Below, one piece after another: positions 23,122 to 34,792 of a stretch of 64,000 bases of DNA. Position numbers and translations under genes: made by a program. Below the pieces are notes generated by a model. The model saw nothing but the letters and a program-made list of their open reading frames with translations, was not told where the DNA came from and did no database searches. The stretch's first letter is position 1. Every line of letters starts with the position of its first letter. Origin of the DNA: Setoptus koraiensis (Eukaryota > Animalia > Arthropoda); the NCBI GenBank assembly GCA_048013815.1, contig CM106585.1, positions 1,302,001-1,366,000 on the forward strand. Reading direction: 5' to 3'.

Positions 23122-24144
23122 ATGTCGAAGCGACGCGCTTTTGAACTTGCGGCTCGCAAGTTTGCCTCGCGCACACCCACAGACCGAGGTGAGCTTAGCG
23201 ATGATGATGACGATGATGCTGCCAACGCGAGCCTTGTAGGCATGCCAGACATTGCGCGCCACATGACCAGTACACCAACAGCACGGACCAGATCGAGGAA
23301 TGTGATTTACTCGAGTGATGAGGAAGTTTTGGCCATTGAGGATACACCTAAGGGTGCTGATGAGGCTGAAGGCAGCGTTCCCATGGCTCTGGGAGATGAA
23401 GAGGAGTGTGCCGGTGGCCCAACGTCGTCCCACCGGGTCCGAAAGAACAAAGGGAGCACAAAAAAGGCTCAGAAGAAGGACTTGTCTATTCCAGGGAGCA
23501 GGTTCCTGGCAACTTGCAAGAACGACGACGAACTCAATAGGGCTTTTTCGTCCATGGCCATTTTGTCGAACCCAATAAACAATTGGGATGACAAATACGC
23601 ACTGGTGATGAGTGCCGTGGCTCAGGCATATTTCAAGAGTCCAGATTTGCGGCGACCGCCCTCGCTGATTGGCTTTGAGTCTGCCAGAAAGTTGCGTTTC
23701 ATGCCGCCACGAACATTTGATGACGTGCTGCCAGCAGTTTCTATGCGCAAGTATGACGCGCTCGTCTGGCTTCTTGCGGATGACGACCATCGCCAGCACC
23801 CTATTATCGTCGCTTGCTTTTATGGTGACCATGAAAAAAGCTACAGGCTCTCGAAGGATGCCCCACTCATCCGCGGCCTTGCAACTAGCAGCACAATTTT
23901 GCAGGGTGTTGCGATATTTACACTGAAGTACAGCGATCTGTACGTGAATATACCGATTCACTTGCGCCGCGGTGTGAGCCGCAAGATCCCAGGGTGTTCG
24001 ACTGACGAGGATCGCCGGATGGCACTGGGGAAGATACCAGCAGTTCAGGTTACCGTGAAGCACCGGGCATACAGCGCTTATTACACGGATAAGTATTTCG
24101 AGGTAGGTCGGCTGCTTGCTATTAGAGTAAAGAAATCAGAATAG
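23122..24144 (+). CDS. Hypothetical protein (ORFan, 340 aa), intronless
   Basis: First ATG 23122, TAG 24142-24144; GC-richer than its AT-rich flanks. Acidic/basic disordered N-half and globular-looking C-half; preceded by an AT-rich promoter-like stretch with repeated tgtaaat(a/t)tcct motifs. Confidence 0.7.
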   Translation: MSKRRAFELAARKFASRTPTDRGELSDDDDDDAANASLVGMPDIARHMTSTPTARTRSRNVIYSSDEEVLAIEDTPKGADEAEGSVPMALGDEEECAGGPTSSHRVRKNKGSTKKAQKKDLSIPGSRFLATCKNDDELNRAFSSMAILSNPINNWDDKYALVMSAVAQAYFKSPDLRRPPSLIGFESARKLRFMPPRTFDDVLPAVSMRKYDALVWLLADDDHRQHPIIVACFYGDHEKSYRLSKDAPLIRGLATSSTILQGVAIFTLKYSDLYVNIPIHLRRGVSRKIPGCSTDEDRRMALGKIPAVQVTVKHRAYSAYYTDKYFEVGRLLAIRVKKSE

Positions 24145-24194
24145 CTCTTGACTATGTGTCCTTTATTTCTAAACTAAGAAAAACTTCTACATTT

Positions 24195-24257
24195 TTAGCG
24201 CTTAATTTTAATTAAGTAGCTACTGGGGTAGTGATGTTGGATACGTTTATTCACGTG
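24195..24257 (+). repeat. 63-bp bipartite direct repeat 2
   Basis: Partner of 22628-22690, with identical spacing of the two conserved blocks. Confidence 0.9.
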
Positions 24258-24404
24258 ACCATGTAATCCTATGGAGGTTTGACTTAGTCTTATTTGTGAG
24301 AATCCTGCTAGACATCACACATGTATTCCTATGTAGATTCGACTTGGTCTATTATCGCTTCACTCGAAAATATTTCGTATGCAATCCTATGGAGATTTGG
24401 GGTG

Positions 24405-25170
24405 TAGTGCAGAATAGCGCCACACTCCGATTTCGATAAAACTTCACACATGGGACCCGTAGGGCCCCCTGACAACAGTTTGACTAGTCCGGAAGTGCGG
24501 AAACTTCCGGTTCCGGTTTTACATGAAATTCAAGATACAGGCTTAAAACTCGATATGCAGCTAGGTCAGAGTATGGAGAGCACACTGGCATCAATTACAG
24601 AATTATTCAACTTCCGGTTCTCAAGATATTCGAACAAATCTCCGTGTAGGACATGAACCCGCCGTAGTAAATGAATTGCAGTCACTTGAGCGGAGGGTAG
24701 AGGGCGTAGCCCGATACCCGAAGCGCTCATCAACCCTACCCGAAGGGTTCCCGTCGCACGCAGTCGTCGCGAGAGCGACGACGGAGATGTGACGGCCTCC
24801 AGACTACGAGGCCGCAGGCCGAGTCTTCAGATCAGTCTCAGCCATGTTTCTGAATACGGCGAAGCCATAAAATCTCTCAAAATGTTGGTCTCGCCCCTAT
24901 GGATATGTTCGCTTTTATCAACTTCCAAAGTTCACATGTCCAATCACCAGAGGCCGCTCTACCCAAGAATACCCAAGATACCTCAAAAAAATGCCCCAGA
25001 GACCGCTAGCGGACGTCGGGTATCGAGAAACGCCTCCCATGCGGTACCTCCGTTATTCAGGAACTGGGAATTTCCGCACTTCCGGAATACCCACATCGGT
25101 ATCAGGGTACAATACACTACCCGAAAATATGCAAAAATACCCAAAAAAACTGTGGCGCTATTCTGCACTA
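24405..25170. mobile_element. Non-autonomous TIR element with central hairpin core (copy 2)
   Basis: Perfect 20-bp inverted repeat tagtgcagaatagcgccaca (24405-24424) / tgtggcgctattctgcacta (25151-25170), whose outer TA may be a TSD; internal inverted ccggaagtgcggaaa arms; core at 24677-24825. Confidence 0.8.
24677..24825 (+). repeat. Conserved multi-hairpin core, copy 2
   Basis: 6 differences from the reverse complement of copy 3, all at loop or unpaired positions. Confidence 0.9.
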
Positions 25171-25179
25171 TAACCGAGA

Positions 25180-26062
25180 TTTGACTAGGTCGAATTTGTG
25201 CTGAGTTCGGTGGTGACAAATCGAACTTCAAAATTGAAAATCCGAATTTCTAATAAGAGTTTTAGCTGCTCGTCCAAAGTTAGTGGTTCAGTTTCCTTAG
25301 TTCCATGGTCGGAGTTCGGTGGTGACATTTCGAACTTCAAAATTGACAATTCGAATTTCTCATGATAGTTTCATCTGCTCGTTCGATGTTCGATGGTTGG
25401 AGTTCGAAGTTCGATGGCCAGAGTTCGGTGGTCAGAGTTCGGTGGTCACAACTCGAACTTCGAAATTCGAAATTGAAAATTCGAATTTCTGATGATAGTT
25501 TCATCTGCTCGGTCGGAGTTCGATGGTCAGAGTCGTTCGGTGGTCACAATTCGAAATTCGAAATTGAAAATTCGAATTTCTGATGATAGTTTCATCTGCT
25601 CGTTCGATGTTCGATGGTCAGAGTTCGATGGTCACATTTCGAACTTCGAAATTCGAAATTGAAAATTCGAATTTCTGATGATAGTTTCATCTGCTCGTTC
25701 GATGTTCGATGGTCAGAGTTCGATGGTCAATGTTCGATGGTCACATTTCGAACTCCGAAATTTGAAATTGAAAATTCGAATTTCGGACGATAGTTTCATC
25801 TGCTCTGTCGGAGTTCAGTGGTCAGAGTTCCGTGGTCAGAGCTCGATGGTCACAATTCGAAGTTCGAAATTCGAAATTGAAAATTCGAATTCCTGATGAG
25901 AGTTTCAGCTGCTCGTTCGATGTTAGATGGTCAGAGTTCCGTGGTCAGAGTTCTGCGGTGACAATTCGAACTTCGATATTGAAAATTCGAATTTCTGATG
26001 AGAGTTTCAGCTGCTTGTTCTATGTCCGATGGTCAGTGTTCGATGGTCACAATTCTAACTCC
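25180..26062 (+). repeat. TTCGAA-rich tandem array, ~8 units of ~90-130 bp, running into gap
   Basis: Recurring anchor tttca(t/g)ctgctc near 25261, 25370, 25500, 25590, 25685, 25795, 25903 and 26005, with ttcgatggtca and ttcgaaattgaaaattcgaatttc subunits. Confidence 0.9.
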
Positions 26063-26562
26063 NNNNNNNNNNNNNNNNNNNNNNNNNNNNNNNNNNNNNN
26101 NNNNNNNNNNNNNNNNNNNNNNNNNNNNNNNNNNNNNNNNNNNNNNNNNNNNNNNNNNNNNNNNNNNNNNNNNNNNNNNNNNNNNNNNNNNNNNNNNNNN
26201 NNNNNNNNNNNNNNNNNNNNNNNNNNNNNNNNNNNNNNNNNNNNNNNNNNNNNNNNNNNNNNNNNNNNNNNNNNNNNNNNNNNNNNNNNNNNNNNNNNNN
26301 NNNNNNNNNNNNNNNNNNNNNNNNNNNNNNNNNNNNNNNNNNNNNNNNNNNNNNNNNNNNNNNNNNNNNNNNNNNNNNNNNNNNNNNNNNNNNNNNNNNN
26401 NNNNNNNNNNNNNNNNNNNNNNNNNNNNNNNNNNNNNNNNNNNNNNNNNNNNNNNNNNNNNNNNNNNNNNNNNNNNNNNNNNNNNNNNNNNNNNNNNNNN
26501 NNNNNNNNNNNNNNNNNNNNNNNNNNNNNNNNNNNNNNNNNNNNNNNNNNNNNNNNNNNNNN
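26063..26562. other. Assembly gap (500 N)
   Basis: Run of exactly 500 N. Confidence 1.
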
Positions 26563-26841
26563 CTTCATGGCTTTCGATCCAAAACTGTTTCAACAAGACT
26601 ATCTTTCGCAATTTCTGCATAAATTAACATCTATTGATAATGAAATCAATTCTTGGTTGCTTGATATCTGTACATAAACGAGGTTTATTATTTTGTTGCT
26701 GGATGAATGGGCTACTATACTACAAAGAATAAAACAAAATAGTTACATAATTGATCGAATAACAATCAAACATATAACAATAATTATACATTTACAACAT
26801 TTATCTTGCTGGATAATAGAGTGTGCCGATTATGACAGTAT

Positions 26842-29800
26842 CTATAAGGTTCCATCAATCACATGAATCACTCCATTGGTCGCCGCGACATCAGAGTATG
26901 AAAAGTTGACATCGTTGACAGAGAAATAGTCTGTGGTGACAGAAGAATATTGAGATGAAAAATACAGTTATAGTGTCTTAGTATTTGAATGAGACCATGA
27001 GCAGAATTCATGTACGATATAATTGATGATTGAGTTTTATATAAGTCAGTAGGACATACCGTTCATTTGGCGTAACAATAATTCATCGCCCAGCGAATTT
27101 GTTATACTCAATCTCGGGACTGACTGGCCTCCCTGAATTATTGTGGTTACATTGCTTAAAGCTATCGCAGATGTAAACACTGTCGGCTGGCTCAGATGCT
27201 TCAACAAAAATCCTTGAAATAGTCGACGAAATATAGCGAAATGAGAGCAGCAGTTAGTTTAGTTATTTAGCAAATGTTATGTTCAAACAATTATAACAAT
27301 ATCAATCGAAGAGATAAAACTTACTTCTAGCTACATCAGTGTCGCGATTAAGGAACTCTCTGTCGTTGGCCGATAATTTGCTAAATGCATAATCTGACGG
27401 TGCAAATAATGTAAATGGGCCAGATTTGGATAATTGTTGTTCTAGGCCTGTATTTCGTACTATTCTAGTTAAGTTGCTTAGTATTGGCGATTTGGATATT
27501 ATGTCCATTATATCGCCAGGAGTTGGATATAGTACACGATCTACTAAAAGCAAAGCTATATTATCCTCTTGTACACCGCTCAACACAACAGAACCGGAAG
27601 CAGTAAGTATTGTGTTGTTCCTATACCAATTGAAAACAATATCTTTATCATTGATTGTATTCAATGTCTGACCATCTGGTATCATATTTATATATTCAAA
27701 TGTTGTTTCAAGAATGTGATAGTTGACTAGATCCTCTAATTTTTGATTATTCCTTTCCAGCATTTGTATTATTTGTTTTGGCAATTTATCGATAGCCTGA
27801 TCAGTGGGCACCAATATAACATAGTTTGTTGCTTGTTTTAGAAATTTTGCCGAATTAGCCTTATGCAACAATTTTACAAATTTGTTTGCCGACATCATAG
27901 ATGACAATTCTTCAATTAATCTCATATTTTTAGACATTGAATTATTATTCCAGCTAAATGTTGTTGTTGTTGCGTCCAAAGGATGTCTGATGGTACTAGT
28001 TCGATTGTTATTGTTGCTCGATCTATTATTATTTGTCATGACAAATATGTCTGGCCCATCAGAAAGTGTAGCAGCCCCACTAAACATACTCGTCGTTGTG
28101 GTCGGTGTATCTCTGACACCTTGATTGGTATAGTTTCCAAAAGTGTTAGATGTCGACTCGAAACCATCCGATGTATTAATGCTACTAGTAATGGTATCTA
28201 TGGCACTGGGCTCTCTTATTATGGGCTGATTGAATTGATTGATACCCGACTCAAATCTACCTATCCTACTGGAGTCAATGTTTTCAATTTCGCGATCTCC
28301 AACAAATGAACTATTATTTCTATTTGACAATGACTCGAATGAATTTCTCAGCCATCGTGGAACTATGATACGATCAATGGAATTCACAACACCATTTCCA
28401 GATGAACCTACCAACTTGATGGTTGTCATTTGTTCATCCAGTAGATAAACGTTTGCTAGTGAGAGCGATGACAGAGCGATATTTGGTTATTTGGTTTGCA
28501 TATTAATAAATTTCGATCACAACAAACAGTGTAATTATGGAGGGAGAATGAGGTAAAAATAAAAAACAACTTACGTTTGATGTTCTTGGCTGTGACAAAT
28601 TGGCCCGCGTTTAGAGTTGGCAATCGGACTCTCATTGATATCAGTTTACCAAATTGAGCTCCATCAACGATATGTCCTTTTATGATATCTGAAATTTATT
28701 TCGTTGACAAGATCGTTTGATTATTGTAATTGATTAGCATTATTGAAGGATTCAGTTTATTGACTCATCATCTGCATCTAAAGGGTAGCTTACCAAGGAG
28801 AGCAGCTGGGTCCGAGTTGAGCAATGCTTTGCCTTTGTCAGATAGCTGATCAAAGGCATCATTAGTGGGCGCCAATATTGTTATCGGTCCAGAATCTAAA
28901 TTTGTATCAAGTTAGCAAAGCAGGGCGATGTCGTTAGATATTGGATAATATTTAAAATTAAAATACAACTAATATGCGCCGGTTTGGCATAAAGAAGCAC
29001 AACTCACCTTTTTTGAGTTCTGAATCGAAACCAGATAGTCGCAAATATGAGCTAAAAGTAGAAAGGTTTCTGCTCTGATTAATTAGCTCAATCACTGTAG
29101 GTGATTGGTTCGTAATGTTGACAAATTTGTTCACCACATAAACCATACCATTGGTGGCTCTTGTGGCCGCCACTACTGGCTGACCATCAATAACAACAAT
29201 CTTTTTGTCTGGTATACTAGACAATATTAGTTTTCTTTTTGACATACTAGGTATAATTGTGTCCTTCAATAAATCTTTGGGCGTCATTAGACTGAAGGAC
29301 AGATGATCTAAAAGTAATTGTCTTGCTTGTTGCGAGGAACAATCAATATTATATGGCTGATTAAAAGAATAGACACTCTGTTGGCTTCTATCATCATTGT
29401 TAGTGCTGGTGAGATCAACGCCCGAAATGATGCCACAAACAGTTTCCATGGATTAATCAAGTGTAGAGACGCGGACTTCATTGTGCATGAGATAGATCTG
29501 GAGGGAAATTCAGCACATTTAACTAATACAAAGATCCCTGACGACGAAAAACTTGAGGTGCAAGACAGTCCAAAACTTGACAGCATTTTAAATCAAGAAC
29601 AAATCGATTCTATTGATGCGGTCATGAAAGCTATTCCTTACCTGAAATTAATTGAAAGACGACCAATATGAATAAAGAAGCCAGTACAGAATTGCATCAG
29701 CGATCAGTAGCTAATTTGAAGAATAGATAGCACAACCGTTGTCCGATCACCTAATCGGATAGAACGATGAATACGAACAATATATTTTGATTAAACGCTA

Positions 29801-32594
29801 AAGGACGAATGAAGCCTTTCGTTATAGCTAACGTAGAGAGGCGGCGAGCTCGCTTCCAATTTTTTATTTTCTGTTCTGCAAATCAAACACTCCCAACTCC
29901 CACACTCTCCGAAAATCTCAAAATCTTCACCCGCGGCACTTTTAGAAACGTCGAAAGGAAGAAACACTAACGAGAACGAGAACGAGAACGAGAACGAGAA
30001 CACCACAGCTGACTTTCAGAAGGGGAATATGAATGGGCTTTTTTGCTGCACGGGGGGGAAAGCACACTTTTTCTCCACTGAAGCACACAGATTTCCGACA
30101 ACACGATGAAGGGGAAAACTCTATGGACTTTTTTGCTGTAAAAGGGGGAAAGAACGAAAATGCATCTGTAAAGACCGGCTCGCTCCGCTCGCCCGGCCTA
30201 ACAACAAGAAAGAAAAACTTTTGGCCTAGAGATCGATTGCAGCACACGTATTTTGTACTTTATAAAGAGAATAGAGACACCATGGATGCCATAAGCGAGT
30301 TAGCCTCAAGTCTCCACATTAAACCAACCTCCTTCGGATATTCGGGTACCAAGGATCGAAGAGCAGTTACCTCTCAGTGGATCAGCTGTTGGCAAATTGA
30401 ACCTAGTCGGCTCCTTAATGCCACCCCATTTCTTAAACGTTACTCTCGATTGCCTTGTCTTAAGGTAGGCAACTTTAGTTTTAGGAAACAACCTCTGAAA
30501 CTTGGTCAGCTAAAAGCAAACAAATTTGAGGTGACAATAAGGAACATAGTTTATGACATCAAAGACGTCATAGAAGAATTAATGAATTCCATAGCAAAGA
30601 ATGGATTTATAAACTATTTCGGTCTAGAGCGGTTTAGTACATACTCAAATCATACGTTCGAGATAGGACTTGCCATACTGCAAGAAAAATGGGAAAAAGC
30701 TGTCGATCTTATAATGTCATATCGTTATGATGAATCTACGAATAACAATAACCTTGAGACCTATTTCTGTCTTAGAAGTAAGTCTCAATTGCATAATCAA
30801 TTGTTGTTTTCGTAGCTAGCAATAGTTGTACCGGCATAACAAGTTCCTGTTAACTGTGGCTTTTCATTAATATAGATGGACATAGGCAAATTGAGAAATA
30901 GTTGAATCCAAGAGACAAGCGCGAATGTATTTTTAACTCATCATAGAAAAACCTAGGGTTTCGATTTTGATATTGTGCCAACCATAGCTGTGGAATGTTT
31001 TGTCAGCATGAGAAACATAACTTGAAATAACTCTGTGTAGATCTACACAGAGTTGTTTCAACATTCTGGTTCAGCAACAGTTCGCTAAATTGCTGTGCAG
31101 AGTGTTGTTTGCATGCTTAGGGGAGATGATCGCACCGTGATCATCCCATGATGACAGCTACGTAGTGAGATCATCGCAGTGTTCGAGACCATCCAGATCC
31201 CACTGCCTACACGTAATCGGTTCGGTCGTTTACTCACTGATGAAATATATCGGTGCTCAACAGAGGAAGTCAGTGAAAACTGATATGGCCATTCTCTTTG
31301 CAATCCTCGTATCATTCGAATTCCATGCTAGTGACAAAACCTGTCTGCATGATATTAGGCGTCTTAGATGCCAATGCCAATTGTTGATATTGAACTAGAC
31401 GCTGGAATGCCTGATCAGTGGGCATGAATATTGTTATTGGTTGCGTTGATTTAATTATCGAATTCAACAGGCCAGAATCAGCTAGACATTCTCTCAATTT
31501 ATTAAATGTCACCATTTGTCCGTCCAATCTCAGGCCACTATCATCCATAATCTCTGCAATTGTTCTATTTTGATAATATTCACCATTACTTGTTGATCTT
31601 ACAAGATTTGCCTTAACCAAATTGTTGTTGGTGTTATTTTTGTTATTGTTGGGCGCCAATAATTGTTGATTTACTATTGATGCTTGATTGTTATTGTTCG
31701 AGCTAGATTGCATCAATAGCTGACTCTGTCGCAATTTAGCCACTTGTTGTGCGGGTGTAAGTACCGGTAGCTGAGGTAATTTGTTGTTATTGTTGTTTGT
31801 TCCTGCTGTGACAGTAGAGGAATCGCCTGAGTTGCTGCTAATGAGCGAAGATGGCGACGAAGATTGAAAGTATAGCCTAGAACCGGCCACCGGAGTGTGC
31901 ACTTGAACCAATTTTCGTGCTTGCTTGTTACCATTGGTCGGATTCAAATCGAAATTGGCCCCCAATGAGCCATTATTGTCTATTTGTACCTGAAGTAATT
32001 TTTGTTTCCTAAATGAGGAAGGCGGCCGCGGAAAATTGTTTCCCTGCACCTGAATAGGAGCGCGTTGTTTTATGGGTATCACTTGTTGTAGGCTCTTTTG
32101 TTGTTCATTTGTCAACTGCTGATGGTTTGATTTCTGAAACATAGGTGGTACATGAGTTGTGGTAGTTGTGCTGGTGCTGAATATATCCCTGTTGTTATTT
32201 CGAGGCGTAGACAACTGCTGCTGACTAGCAACATTTATTTGTGGTTGTTGCTGCTGTTGACGCATTATGATGGGTGAAAAGAAATTTGTATTTGCGTTTA
32301 TGGTGCTAGGCGACAACGGAGTGATACGCTGGCCAGCAAAAACCGTCGGAGTGAAATTGGATGGTCCGAACGAAGGAGAGGGCGAAGTCGCAAAATTGCT
32401 CAACTGTTGTTTATTTCTAATGCTAGCTAGTGTTGAATTTACTTGTCCGCTTGCTTGGTTGCTTGAACGAATCAACGAATTTGGTGTTGTCAATTGAACC
32501 AATCGTCCCATTAAACCGGAACTAGGCAAAAGTAGAGCATGTTGTTGGACGCTCGACTTGATCGATTGATGGTTTCCGCCTAATATAGATGGCG
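26842..32594 (-). CDS. Four-FAS1-domain fasciclin protein (TGFBI/periostin/midline-fasciclin-like); first exon(s) not located
   Basis: Exons 31341-32594, 29008-29325, 28794-28895, 28575-28688, 27325-28455, 27060-27212, 26842-26930 join in frame at GT-AG sites. Q/N/S-rich N-terminal region, then FAS1 motifs ITIFMPTDQAF, TILAPTNDAF, VILVPTDQAI, FTLFAPSDYAF. Confidence 0.88.
30033..30815 (+). pseudogene. PUS7: PUS7/TruD pseudouridine synthase fragment, antisense within fasciclin intron
   Basis: WPRDRLQHTYFVLYKENRDTMDA, catalytic GYSGTKDRRAVTSQ, LKLGQLKANKFEVTIRN, GFINYFGLERF. Homology covers ~30220-30780 only; N-terminus comes from unrelated sequence and no C-terminal continuation was recognised. 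Confidence 0.75.
31022..31061. repeat. 40-bp spacerless palindrome (one mismatch)
   Basis: ttgaaataactctgtgtaga|tctacacagagttgtttcaa. Confidence 0.95.
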
Positions 32595-32759
32595 CTACAA
32601 TGAGCGAAGATTGAAAGTATAGGTTACTATAGCACAACATACAGGTGGTTATATGATGCTAGATTATTTGATAGCAGTCTATTGTTGTTTTTGTTAATTT
32701 TACACGGAATTGATTGGAATGACTATGTCATAAAGCATACTCATTCCAATGCGTAAATA

Positions 32760-32825
32760 CAATACTTTTCCCAAGAATACCCGAAATACTGGGAAAAAGT
32801 ATGGCGATGTCTTCTACTATAGCCC
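32760..32825 (+). mobile_element. Remnant of right terminus of the TIR family at 24405-25170
   Basis: cccaagaatacccgaaatactgggaaaaagtatggcgatgtcttctactatagcccg resembles 25120-25178. Confidence 0.45.
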
Positions 32826-33249
32826 GCATGCTCACATATGACAAGCCCAGCCATTTATTTCAAGCCGGTAGAATTCTAAATATAACCCATTGATATGCTT
32901 GTCATAACATCATAAAGTCGATCTCTCTAGGAGGAGATAAAATGCCTCCTCACATCTAGATCCATTCCCCTTGCGTTGTTATCTAAACAGAAAACTCGCC
33001 ATAGATCTATTTTAAGAGTTTCAAAAATGAGGGTCATGTGTTGAAATACGAGCCTCCGATTCTCCCTTAAGTAGGTATAAATAGATTCATAAGTCTCAAT
33101 GATTCATGTTTCAACTCACATAGTGTATCATCGCTCTTGTACGTATCGTGGTTTTTGTGAAAATTTATTCTTACAATTTACAAGCGAAAAAATATACGAC
33201 TGAGCTGTTTGAAGTTGACAACTGTTCCAAGCAACACTATCAATAGTCC

Positions 33250-33794
33250 TCAATAGTAAATCAGATCTTGTTTAGTCCCAATTCATCTTAATCGAGATAA
33301 AATGTTCCGCGTTGGACTTGTGAAATTACTGACAGTGCTCAGTGTATTGTCAGTTAATTCAAAATTAGTACCCGTGCATGGATCTATATTCGATATACCA
33401 GAATGGAATAAGAATGCGGTGAGAATCTGAACATCTAACAAATCTCTCTTCAAATCATTAAACATTGCTTCACGAGCTTGTGAGAGAATGTCTTCTTAGA
33501 TCTATCGAAATATCTCCACATCACCTTGATCGCTTCATACATGATAAAATTCCTACTCCTCTGAAAGATAGTGTATGTGAATATTTTCATAAATTAAAAG
33601 ACAAGATCGGCATAGTATGCGCCGTTGATACTCGCACCCTTTGGCAGCACTTCAATTAGGAGAATTCCTTCCTTGTCCCAAAAAACTGAAATAATTATGG
33701 TCCTCTTATCACTCACCCGTTTCCCTCTCGTCGGAGCGTCATAACCTCTCTGTCTCCGTTCAGCTCTACTCGTCCTACTGTCGAGAGTGCTCAC
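33250..33794 (-). mobile_element. Tc1/mariner transposase relic (C-terminal half, frameshifted)
   Basis: IIISVFWDKEGILLIEVLPKGASINGAYYADL is typical of mariner transposases; a downstream FSPHSYS fragment matches the LPHPPYSPD motif. Confidence 0.75.
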
Positions 33795-34792
33795 AGAAGT
33801 TTCATCACAGGAAATTAAATTAGTCTAAATGATAGAGATGGCGATGAATCGGCTTCAAACGGATAACCGTCGGTTTATCCGTTAGAGAATCGTTCACAGC
33901 TGGTTTTGGACTTGTGTTTGAAATTCATCAGGTTCAACGGTTTATCCGTGTAGAATCCGTTCGAAACCGACTATCCGTTCACGAACAGTTCTTGAACAGA
34001 TTCTAAGCAGACAAACAGTCGAATCTGGTGCGAGTGAAACATACTCACTCACTGCATGCATAGCAACAAACTTTGCAAACATCGCGGGCTTCCGTGTGTG
34101 AGCGCATTTAATACATCGCATGCAACTTACAATATTGTTGGCGATAGTTGAAAACGGTTGGATAAGGTCAATAAATATTAGCGGCAATCACTTAATTCAG
34201 TGGTTTTAGTTAATTCGGTGTGTTTCAACTGACTCAATTGCTCAGTTGAGCAACACGAAACATCCAAAACAATTGACAAACAAGCGATTTTCAGCGCCTT
34301 TTATTGTCTGGCGTCTCAATGTCTGGCGCGTTTGAGCGGCTTGATCTGTCTGCATTAATCTGTCAGAATCTATTTCTTTTTGAATTTTCAATCAATATAA
34401 TAATATCGGTCTTGAGTAAACACATATTGTTTCATTATTTTCGATCGAATTGAGGAGAATTCTATTTTTGTTCGAAATGAGTAGACCATTATCTAGACAA
34501 GATAGTAATGATATCGAGAGGAAGAAAGAGTATATTCGGAGTTGATTACAGAAGAAAGATGGAGCTAAATTGGTATCGATGGAAGAAGTGAGTAAGAAAT
34601 CTTATAGCGAAGTTTTGAACAGCTTTTCACTTTTATCATACACTCATATCGGTGTATTCAAGTGAGTATTGAATCAATAGTTGCAGTGATGCTAGATGTT
34701 CAAATGTGAATGAATGAATGTGAAGAGATATCTAGATTGAGCGCGTGAAATATCAGAAGTACAAAAGATAGATGAAAGTATTTTCGGTTATA

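Noticed and set aside
23092-24063. 323-aa antisense ORF overlapping the ORFan
   Set aside because: Most simply a shadow frame of a GC-rich coding strand; non-ATG start and atypical composition.
25180-26062. CRISPR array
   Set aside because: Units are internally repetitive with no unique spacers, no cas genes are present, and the context is eukaryotic.
25832-26677. ORFs spanning the N gaps (also at 4142-4765 and 44498-45237)
   Set aside because: Open only because N codons contain no stops.
27302-28429. Stand-alone 375-aa gene starting MTTIKL (also 773-1900)
   Set aside because: Internal exon of the fasciclin gene; acceptor and donor sites join it in frame to flanking exons.
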